64,000 nt of DNA from NCBI GenBank assembly GCA_023515795.1, contig JALGPX010000014.1:186001-250000 (forward strand), in the 5' to 3' direction. Below are positions 55,433-64,000 of the stretch, in pieces (the stretch's first letter is position 1; each line of letters opens with the position of its first letter). The notes under the pieces were generated by a model. That model saw only the letters and a program-made list of their open reading frames with translations. It searched no databases and was not told the origin of the DNA. The position numbers and the translations under genes were made by a program. The DNA comes from Amoeboaphelidium occidentale (lineage: Eukaryota).

Positions 55433-56924
55433 ATGTCTCCAGAGTTTAGCACGATCATGGCGCGTTTCCAGGCAGAGGACGGTACCCTTAGTGGTCCTGC
55501 ACTTTCCTTGCCCGTTGACATTACTGCGGAACAGTTGGAATTAGTCATTAATCAGATACTTGGAAATGTGAGCTTTTCCTTTGAACGTGTTCTAATTATT
55601 AGGATGAAAAACTTCCTTATGCTTTCCAAGCAGAAGATGTTGAGATTGTCAAATCTGTGAAGGAAGACGTTATCGAGCCTTTGGGGAAGTCATCGGAAGA
55701 TATTCTTACTATTGTGTATAAGCCACAAGCAGCGTTTCGGGTCAGAATGGTCTCGCGCTGTTCTTCTACATTGAGTGGTCATAATGACGCGATTCTTTCT
55801 GTTGTGTTTAGTCCAGATGGATTCAGAGCTGCATCGGGATCTGGTGATACGACTGTTAGGTTGTGGGACACGACAACTGATACTCCGTTTAAAACGTTGG
55901 CTGGTCATGGTAATTGGATACTTTGCGTTTCATTCAGTCCGAATAATTCATATGTGGCGTCTGGTGGTATGGATGGTGCTGTCATAGTTTGGGATTCAAA
56001 AACCGGAAGCATTCATGGTTCTCCGATGAAGGGCCATTCGAAGTGGATTACATCGCTCGCGTGGGAGCCTTTTCACCAAAATACTTCCTCTTCTAGACTA
56101 GCAAGCGCTTCAAAGGACGGCACTGTCAGAATTTGGAATGTTGTAACGAAAAGATGTGAAATAGTTTTGTCTCAGCATAAAGATGCAATTACAACAGTTA
56201 AATGGGGCGGCGAAGGTTTGATTTATACGGCTAGTCGTGATAAGACCATCAAAGTATGGGAAGCCTCGACTGGAAAACTTTGTAGAAGTTTAGACGGGCA
56301 TGGGTAAGAAGTTTTCTTTTGATTCAAATCTTATTTCTTAGACACTGGGTTAATACGATGGCATTGAATACTGATTTCGTATTGAGAATTGGTCCATATG
56401 ATCGTAATGGTCACAGAAAGTCAGACGATGAGGAAGCTCGAAAAGATGCACTACAAAGATATAACGACGCGAAGAGAGGTTTATCTGAGAAGCTAATTAC
56501 CGGTTCTGATGATTTTACACTGTTTCTTTGGGATCCATCCGTCAGTAAGAAGCCAATAGCAAGACTGACGGGACATCAACAATTAGTTAACCAGGTTGCT
56601 TTTTCACCTGATGGAAGATTAATAGCCAGCGCTTCATTTGACAAATCTGTAAAGATATGGGATGGAGTTACAGGAAAATTCAAAGCGAATCTAAGAGGTC
56701 ACGTTTCTCCAGTTTATCAAGTTTCTTTTTCTGCAGATTCTCGTTTATTAATCAGTTGCTCTAAGGATTCAACACTGAAAATATGGGATATGAAAACATT
56801 CAAATTGAAGTGCGATCTCCCAGGGCATCAAGATGAGGTTTATTCCGTCGACTGGTCTCCTAATGGAGAGAGCAAGGTTATCAGCGGAGGGAAGGACAAA
56901 ATGATCAAATTCTGGAGACAATAG
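55433..56924 (+). CDS. RSA4: Notchless/Rsa4 ribosome assembly factor
   Basis: NLE domain, Y.PQA.FRVR, WD repeats and SDDFTLFLW.P...KP.ARLTGHQ; 2 introns. Confidence 0.95.
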
Positions 56925-57032
56925 AGGACGACTGGTTGCGACAAGAATTCGAATCCATTGAAGAAAACAGGTGATAAAAATAGATTCCTTATATCACATA
57001 CGTATCACTAAATCTGTATCACTAAAGATACT

Positions 57033-57046
57033 GTTTCCATAGCAAC
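57033..57046. promoter_or_regulatory. RFX X-box-like element GTTTCCATAGCAAC
   Basis: 14-nt match to the GTYNCY-AT-RGNAAC consensus in an intergenic region. Confidence 0.35.
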
Positions 57047-57280
57047 GATTTCAGTCCAAACCACCCTCGAGTGACAGTCATCTTGACTGAAGTATGCAAA
57101 ATAAGCAATCTCTGTAGGACTAGTTTCGAGTTGCAGTTGTTTATGTTGAACTAGCGTTGAGAGTGACCCCGAGAGGATGATAAATTCAAGCATCACCCGT
57201 ACTTTATCGTAACAGATGTTTTTACTTGACTTCCTGTAAGCACCAAATTATGATGAAACAACTGTTTGTTTCAACGAATC

Positions 57281-58273
57281 ATGCAGCAACACGTCTCGAA
57301 ACATTCTGGTTTCGACAATTCAGAGCCCCTTTTAATAGAAGCTTCACCTTCTCAACAGTCTAACATGGACCGCTCTGGCTCTAGCACAAATGAAGAGATT
57401 AATGCTTTGAAACGTGCCTTAAGGGATTGTTTCAGGTGTTCTGATACGGTAGCCGAGGCCTTCGCATATCATTTACATGATTTCGATGTACCCGAAGGGC
57501 AAGACCGTATCGACTGGTTGACGAATATGGCATGGGACTTTGGCATTGTCGAACACGGAATTGATGCGTTGAATGCTGCTTTACCAAACGCTGTTACAAC
57601 GACGCCAAAATTGGTCAAGATGAAGGAGTTGTGCCCGCCATTGAGAGACCAAAAGGCGGAAAAAGAAGTCCACGTATGGCAGTTTGTTGATAATGGTGGC
57701 GCTCAGTCACGGACTGAATTGAAAGAGCTATGCCATACAATGTTTGGCAAGCAGCTGTTGTTTAGGGGCGTAAGCGGCGATAGTTACATTGATCAGCACT
57801 ATAGAGGCATGTTTTGCCCGACCATAGGAAGATTTTCTTTCGTTGATTTGCAAAATAATGAGAGAGAGTTCCACTACAACGAGTTTGGCTTGGGTGTCTA
57901 TTGCACATCAGACATTAAGTATGCAATCAAGTGCTCTGGAAATGGGCCCCATTCGGTACTATTCGTATTCGACTGGAATGACACAAGCAACTTGGTTCCA
58001 CATATGATAACAGAAACCGAATATTGGAAGCCTTTTGTTAGACAGCACATCTGCCAGGGTGACAGACAAAAGGCAAATATGATCGGCTATCCTCGTGATG
58101 ATTTACATCTCACATATGATTATATTCAAGGGAAATTAACCAAGAATTACAGAGAGATAAAAAGCTGTCACGAACCAAACCCTAGTGAAATTACGCAAGT
58201 GGCAATCATTAGGGATTACAATGAAATTCTTTATACTCGCTTGAAAGCAGTAATTTATGTTACAAAGCCATAG
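57281..58273 (+). CDS. Intronless ADP-ribosyltransferase-fold protein, DUF3990-like
   Basis: Motif order LFRG, EFG.GVYCT....A, V.FVF, W..FV, YDYIQG, QVAI parallels DUF3990 (LYHG, DFG.GFY.T, W..FV, YD.I.G, Q..F). Confidence 0.6.
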   Translation: MQQHVSKHSGFDNSEPLLIEASPSQQSNMDRSGSSTNEEINALKRALRDCFRCSDTVAEAFAYHLHDFDVPEGQDRIDWLTNMAWDFGIVEHGIDALNAALPNAVTTTPKLVKMKELCPPLRDQKAEKEVHVWQFVDNGGAQSRTELKELCHTMFGKQLLFRGVSGDSYIDQHYRGMFCPTIGRFSFVDLQNNEREFHYNEFGLGVYCTSDIKYAIKCSGNGPHSVLFVFDWNDTSNLVPHMITETEYWKPFVRQHICQGDRQKANMIGYPRDDLHLTYDYIQGKLTKNYREIKSCHEPNPSEITQVAIIRDYNEILYTRLKAVIYVTKP

Positions 58274-58521
58274 ATAATGACAGAGCGCTGAGAACTTGGT
58301 TTATGGTAAAATATATTTAAATTATTCAAATCTGTGTCACTAGAGCTTTCTGCATCTCCAAGGGTTCAAATTCGAAAGTATAGGCCATGGCAATTCCCTT
58401 TACTTCTTGTATCTTTTGGTTTCAACTCAAACAGTATTCAACAGAGGCACAAACCTATGCGGCTAACGATCCTCAAAGAAAACACATAAGGCCCTCTAAT
58501 ACCATCAAAAACAAACTTAAA

Positions 58522-59925
58522 TCACCCTGAAACTTTGACGTCTATCAGCTCATCTTCCTCGATATCCACTTCACCAATAGTGGCAGTTGGATCAAGCTGT
58601 TCACCTTCGAGCAACAAATGAACCGAGCTAGATGCGGACAAGCCTTTCAATTTTTTGTAGTGAGAAATTATCTGAGCAATCTTTGTACTCTTTCGAACTT
58701 GAATCATTTCCAAATTCCTGTTCTTATCCGATAGTTTGATACAGAACTCTCCACCACCTGAGCCACTCTCATCATCACTATCGTCTTCTGAGTGATCTTC
58801 GTCGTCATCAACAATAGCCAGCGATTCGCCTGTTGGGTCATATGAAGACTTGTTCTCTTTCCATTCTTGTTTTAACAAAGCGTAGAGGCTTTTAGGCAAA
58901 ACATAAAGTGTAGATGACTGCCCAAGTGCAAGAGAAGAAGGTGTATTGTAAGCTGAAACTGAAACGACATTATAAAGATAGGTTAACGGTTCTGCTGTTT
59001 TAAGTTGTGTGGAGTACATTTTCATAATCTTCTCAAAAGAATCAGACGGACGTAATCTGAACGACTTTGTCTTTTGAGGCAGTTGATTTCGGGGATCTTT
59101 GTACGGACAGAGAACGATATCATAATGATCATATTTGAATTGGAAGTTTTCTTCGTTTTGGTCCAAGAATTCTTGCAACTCCGGGTCGACCTCTAATATC
59201 GGTTCCTTCTCATAACTAGTCACCTTGTCATCCTTTAAAAGAGCAGCGATTCGTCTTCCACCAGGAGAATCTTTTGAACGAGGAGGAGGTGTTAATGAAC
59301 GATCACGCTTCTTTGGAGTTGGAAGTGCAACTTCGGCATCCGAATCTTCTATCGCAATGATATCTTTGGCTGTGAACTTGAAAGCATCGATCGGTTTATC
59401 CTCTTCAGATGAAATGTCGTCAACATCATCGATGCCTAAAGAAGGAGACTTCATATTCTTCTTTTGCGTGTTACCGCTTGTCTGCCTCACAGCTGAACTG
59501 CTCCCATGAAACGTAAAGAAATCTTCATCATCCAAAGCATCCACTCTCCTATGCGCTACAATCTGCGGTCGTTTTCTTGCAGGAGTTGGACTTTCGTCAT
59601 CCTTCTGGTGCGGAGAGGATTCCAGAAACATGGACTCGTCGAGGTCCAGCGAACCGTCTGAAACATCATTTTCCTGTTGCCTAAGGAGATCCCGTTTTGG
59701 CTTTCTACCTCGTTTCCGTGGGAGAGGCGTGCTAATGCTTGCAACATCATCTTGGTCAATTCTAATGTCATGCGGCGAACTTGACTTCCCAGAAGATTTG
59801 TGAGACAGTGGATTGTCGCTTTCGTTGCCATTTATGCTGCTGCTACTGCTGCTGTCATCTTCGCCGAACGCATTAAAGGAATTATTGAAATCTTTAATAG
59901 AGTTTCGTTTGCTTTGCTTTGCCAT
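58522..59925 (-). CDS. Esc2/Rad60/NIP45 SUMO-like-domain protein
   Basis: Disordered N-terminus with SLTPPP, then two C-terminal ubiquitin-like domains ending L.LEGEQL.P..TI.E.DIE..ELIDV. Confidence 0.75.
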   Translation of the reverse strand: MAKQSKRNSIKDFNNSFNAFGEDDSSSSSSINGNESDNPLSHKSSGKSSSPHDIRIDQDDVASISTPLPRKRGRKPKRDLLRQQENDVSDGSLDLDESMFLESSPHQKDDESPTPARKRPQIVAHRRVDALDDEDFFTFHGSSSAVRQTSGNTQKKNMKSPSLGIDDVDDISSEEDKPIDAFKFTAKDIIAIEDSDAEVALPTPKKRDRSLTPPPRSKDSPGGRRIAALLKDDKVTSYEKEPILEVDPELQEFLDQNEENFQFKYDHYDIVLCPYKDPRNQLPQKTKSFRLRPSDSFEKIMKMYSTQLKTAEPLTYLYNVVSVSAYNTPSSLALGQSSTLYVLPKSLYALLKQEWKENKSSYDPTGESLAIVDDDEDHSEDDSDDESGSGGGEFCIKLSDKNRNLEMIQVRKSTKIAQIISHYKKLKGLSASSSVHLLLEGEQLDPTATIGEVDIEEDELIDVKVSG

Positions 59926-59949
59926 GAATTTTTGTTGGGAAAAAGAAGA

Positions 59950-60444
59950 ATGGATAAAATCACAGGATCCTTCCAACAGGAACAGAGTGATGCAATGAAG
60001 AACGAGGTTATGATGGCGGCCATAATGGAATCATGCCCAGCTAAGGGTGTCATGGCCACAGTTGGAGGATTTGTATTCGGTGGCGCGTTTGGGTTGATCA
60101 TGACCTCTTTCGAAGCTTCCAGTACTGCACAGGCAGCTATTCAAATTTCAGAGACAGGCAAGGCACCGCCGCTGCGCCAACAACTGAAAGATACCGCTCG
60201 AGATATGGGAAAACGTAGTTACAGTATGGCAAAGAGTTTTGCAGTCATTGGCGCCATATACTCCACAACGGAATGTGTGATAGAGAGCTACCGTGCTAAG
60301 CATGATATATACAACTCTGTGTCTGCTGGATGTGTTTCTGGGGCTCTGCTCGCGATAAGGTCAGGCCCTCAAGGTGCTGCGTTTGGTTGTGCCGGTTTTG
60401 CTGCATTCTCTGCTGCTATTGATTACTTTATGGAGGGAAGGTGA
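59950..60444 (+). CDS. TIM22: Mitochondrial carrier translocase Tim22
   Basis: MESC..K...A.VGGF.FGG.FG, ECVIESYRAK.D and GC.GFAAFSAAIDY. Confidence 0.95.
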   Translation: MDKITGSFQQEQSDAMKNEVMMAAIMESCPAKGVMATVGGFVFGGAFGLIMTSFEASSTAQAAIQISETGKAPPLRQQLKDTARDMGKRSYSMAKSFAVIGAIYSTTECVIESYRAKHDIYNSVSAGCVSGALLAIRSGPQGAAFGCAGFAAFSAAIDYFMEGR

Positions 60445-60531
60445 TATCAGATGGATGTATGTTCAAGATTAATAGAGCTTCTTTGCGTCAGATTGTTTTA
60501 CTCTTGATCGTTTCAACCAAGAAACTTCAAG

Positions 60532-61758
60532 ATGCAGTTCGAGGAAAGCAGACTTAAAAGCTTTAAAGATCTTAAAGGAATCAGATGGCCACATCCGAAA
60601 GAATGGAAGACGAACCCAGCGACCCTGGCAAAGTCTGGATTTTACTTTGATCCGGAAAAGGAAGATGTGGACAATGTTACTTGTTACATGTGCAAAAAGT
60701 CATTAAGCGGATGGACTGAACTGGATGACCCTGCGGCGGAGCATCAAAGTCATAGTTCACAATGTGCTTTGGTTGTTTTAGCAAAGGGTAAGTCTAGTAG
60801 CAAGACTCTTGAAGCAGCACGCTTAAAAACATTCACAAGCTTTTGGCCTCATGAAGAACCATCTGCAAAGAAAATGGCATCGGCTGGCTTCGTTTACTTG
60901 CCGTACAAGAATGAAGACAACGGAGATTCAGCAAAGTGTTTATCATGCGGTTTGGAGTTGGATGGCTGGGAAAAGGATGATGATCCTCTACGTGAACACT
61001 CTAAGCGTTCTGAAACATGTCCGCATGTTGTGAAGGGAAGGAAGCAGAGTTCAAAGAAAACAAAAAAGACCTCACCAATTAATGATAATGTAGATGCTAG
61101 TATCATGAAGGAAGATACGATCGCTGTTGGCGATGAAACGACAGTTATGGATCCCGATATAAGCATCGTTTCAACTCGTTCTAGAATAACCAGAGCAACA
61201 AGAGCAAATGCTTCAGTTCTTTTTGAAGAACCAATTATCGCTAAGCCAAAGAAAGAGAGAACTACGAAAAGGAAGAAAGCCGAACCACCAGTGGAGAAAC
61301 AGGAGGAAGCTCTGGAAGACGTTTTGAAGGAGGAGAAAGTTGATATTCTTGAGGCTCCTATAGAAATTGCTGCAGCTACAACGTCGAAAGCGCCAAAGAA
61401 AACAGAAAAAGGGAGAAAGAAACGAAAAGTCGAGACAAAGAAAGAGGATACAAAGGAAAATGTGGACGAAAATTTAAAATCAGAACCACAGGAAGAGGTG
61501 AAACAAGAAAGCGCGCCAGCCGAAATTAAACAGTCGCTTGAGCAGAATGAAGCTCCACCGACTATTATTATCGAAGAAGATGATGAGTTGAAACAGTTCG
61601 ATGACATGACACTTGAAGAGATATTAAAGTTATTACACTCAAAGCAAATCGAAAAGCTTGGAAAATATTGTGATGATGAGCTAGAAACGTTTAAACTCAA
61701 TTTTGAACATTCCATGAAGGAACTCGAAGCGCAAATCCTCAGCTTCACCGATAATTAA
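60532..61758 (+). CDS. BIR1: Two-BIR-domain protein (Bir1/survivin-like)
   Basis: Two R..SF..WP...A.SGF...D...C..C...L.GW...DDP..EH...C domains, a charged linker and a C-terminal helix. Confidence 0.88.
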   Translation: MQFEESRLKSFKDLKGIRWPHPKEWKTNPATLAKSGFYFDPEKEDVDNVTCYMCKKSLSGWTELDDPAAEHQSHSSQCALVVLAKGKSSSKTLEAARLKTFTSFWPHEEPSAKKMASAGFVYLPYKNEDNGDSAKCLSCGLELDGWEKDDDPLREHSKRSETCPHVVKGRKQSSKKTKKTSPINDNVDASIMKEDTIAVGDETTVMDPDISIVSTRSRITRATRANASVLFEEPIIAKPKKERTTKRKKAEPPVEKQEEALEDVLKEEKVDILEAPIEIAAATTSKAPKKTEKGRKKRKVETKKEDTKENVDENLKSEPQEEVKQESAPAEIKQSLEQNEAPPTIIIEEDDELKQFDDMTLEEILKLLHSKQIEKLGKYCDDELETFKLNFEHSMKELEAQILSFTDN

Positions 61759-61832
61759 CTCAGAGGACGTTTTTAATAAAGTATTTGTCTTTAAATTTCA
61801 CATAAACTAAAACGTGCGCCCGTTTCACTAAG

Positions 61833-62803
61833 ATGATTGAGATCACGAACAGAGTTGCAATTATTGGCGCTGGTAGCGTTGGAGCAGCAGTTGCTTATGC
61901 TGTCCTTTTGAGGCATGTCTGCTCTGAAGTTGTTTTAAATGATGTCGACGAGAAAGTGTGCAAAGGACAAGTTGCTGATTTAGAAGATGGCTCATTCTTG
62001 ACTAATTCCAGAGTCAAGTACGGAACTTTGAAGGACTGCGGGCAATGCGATTTAATTGTCATTACAGCTGGCGCAAAGCAACGCGAGGGAGAGACCAGAG
62101 TTCAGTTAATCGATAGGAACCATGCCATTCTGAAGTCCGTTATCAATGGTATGAAACCTCTGAAGCCATCTGCAATTCTTCTACTGGTATCGAACCCGGT
62201 CGACGTTTTGGCTTACTTTGCTCAAAAACTGTCTGGTTTACCTCCTAACCAAGTCTTTGGTTCTGGAACATTCCTTGATACCGCGAGATTAAGAAGAGCT
62301 ATTGCGCACAAAGTCGGTGTTGCGGATACCGCAGTTCATGCTTATGTTTTGGGAGAGCATGGCGACTCTCAATTCTGTGCTTGGTCTTCTGCTCATATCG
62401 GGTAAAGAGTTGCTTTATGAAACGTATTGACTCTGTTAGAAATGTTCCACTGTTGAGTTTCGATGACTTCAAGGATGAGAATGAACTTAATGATATTGCA
62501 ACAAAAACCAAGAATAAGGCGTACGATATCATTAAGGCTAAAGGTGCTACTTATTTTGGCATTGCTGCTGTTGTTAGCTCTATCGCGGAAGCTGTTTTCA
62601 TGGATCAGAGACACATTCGTCCTTTGAGCGTTTATGATGATAACTTGAAAGTTTGCATCAGCCTTCCTGCAGTTGTTGGAAGAAATGGTATTGAGCGTAT
62701 CATTCGAATTCCTTTGAACGAGAAGGAATCTGCTGCATTACAGTCGAGTGCTAATGATCTTCGTAAGATTATTGATCAGTACGAAGAAAAACTTCCTCAA
62801 TGA
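61833..62803 (+). CDS. LDH: L-lactate dehydrogenase
   Basis: GAG.VG, TAGAKQR.GE.R, NPVD, GT.LDTAR, GEHGDS and KGATYFGI; intron 62402-62439. Confidence 0.93.
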
Positions 62804-62976
62804 GACGTTCCAATGGTTGAACTAAATAAAGCGATAACGCATTTTGGTATTTCTTAATAGTTTGTTTCACGTTAATCTTGGCTTTTATGTTAGTGTTACA
62901 AAATGTCCCTTTTGCAGATCTGAAACGAAACTTGGCCTCGTGATTCGATATTTATGACACTTTCAATTTCCGAACA

Positions 62977-64000
62977 ATGAGTTACGCTTCCGCATATAAA
63001 AACTTCATGATATCCCAGAAAGCCGAAACCAAACAAGGGGCACAGGATACTGATGCGATATCACTCAAGTTTAAGCAGGGCTCGATATTCTATGAGCCGC
63101 AACATGGCGAGGCTGCTGGTCCGAAGAAAGCTGAGTATCACGCTGAGGAACACAACACAAAAGACCCTTTAGTGGATCATTCCAAATCGAAAAACAGTCT
63201 CTTCTTTCAGGATTTCTCAGTATATCCAAATTCAAGGAAGGATACTACGTTGGATAATCCGGTATCATATGATCATGCTCCTGCTGCTTCGAAGAATTCG
63301 ATATTCGATACTCCGGTCAGCGCAGGTCTAAGCAAGAATTCTATCTTCAGTATTGATACTACTCCTGCATCAAGTTTAGCAGTCAAAACAGCCTCTCTTC
63401 CTGTTGTTATCACGCCTATCCAGTCTCCGACCGATGGAGTCACATCAGCATCGTTCACTCCAAGATATCAGGATGTTATTAATCAAGAAAAGTCATTTCA
63501 GCTTCCTTTTGTTCCAACTAAGAAGAATATGCTGGGAGAAGGAAGGTTTGGAACGGTTTATCGTGTTTCAGATGGAAAGCACGATTTCGCTGTTAAGAAA
63601 GTATCTCCTGACCCAGAAGCTCAGACAAATGGCTTAGTGGAAGCGTTCGTTTTGAGAAAGATACAAAGCTGGTCATCTTATGAAAGAACTAAGAACATTG
63701 TTAGGTTTTATGGTGTTCAGGTTGAAGAGCAGGGAAAAGGTGACAGTGAAAGTTGTCCTTCCTTTATGCTGGTATTGGAGTTTTGTCCATGCGGTGCATT
63801 GTCAGAATATGCGCTAAATTATCCCTCTGAATGTGGTCGGAGGATGTGGATCAAATGGTGCAAGCAGATTGCCCAAGCTGTTGCGTTTTTACACAGAGGC
63901 TGCAATGACGAAAAAGTCATCCATGGCGACTTAAAGCCGCACAATGTTTTGCTTAATGAGAATCTAGATGCTAAACTGGCTGATTTTGGTAATGCAAGTT
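62977..64000 (+). CDS. Ser/Thr protein kinase, truncated by window end
   Basis: Hand translation: LGEGRFGTVY, AVKK, HGDLKPHNVLL, ADFG. Confidence 0.92.
   Translation, partial: MSYASAYKNFMISQKAETKQGAQDTDAISLKFKQGSIFYEPQHGEAAGPKKAEYHAEEHNTKDPLVDHSKSKNSLFFQDFSVYPNSRKDTTLDNPVSYDHAPAASKNSIFDTPVSAGLSKNSIFSIDTTPASSLAVKTASLPVVITPIQSPTDGVTSASFTPRYQDVINQEKSFQLPFVPTKKNMLGEGRFGTVYRVSDGKHDFAVKKVSPDPEAQTNGLVEAFVLRKIQSWSSYERTKNIVRFYGVQVEEQGKGDSESCPSFMLVLEFCPCGALSEYALNYPSECGRRMWIKWCKQIAQAVAFLHRGCNDEKVIHGDLKPHNVLLNENLDAKLADFGNAS

Noticed and set aside
60894..61748. 284-aa Ser/Phe-rich minus ORF and many similar short antisense ORFs
   Set aside because: Shadows of Lys/Glu-rich real genes on the opposite strand.
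61833..62803. LDH as a recent bacterial transfer
   Set aside because: Contains an intron and resembles fungal-type LDHs.

Overview
Very gene-dense eukaryotic DNA. About 35 mostly housekeeping genes have tiny GT-AG introns (mostly 31-47 nt) and intergenic spacers that are often under 60 bp. Gene content and architecture suggest an early-diverging fungus or relative such as a Rozella-like Cryptomycota (inference only). The assembly is heterozygous, with allelic contig ends duplicated across single Ns. Main highlight: at 36.2-39.8 kb lies a decayed, multicopy Fanzor/TnpB-type element. It keeps the Zn-finger and RuvC-III C-terminus and a structured 3' tail (candidate omegaRNA), and it has a 14-15 bp target duplication, no TIRs and a target motif shared by two insertions. 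Other highlights: two divergent genes whose start codons share one CATG palindrome, an ATGA stop/start overlap, several small spliced genes missing from the ORF track (ATP synthase subunit e, TEN1, UBE2G1-like, a 69-aa orphan), an intronless DUF3990-like ADP-ribosyltransferase-fold gene, and an AT- and microsatellite-rich domain that begins inside TRAPPC8. All product calls come from recognising motifs by eye; no database searches were run.
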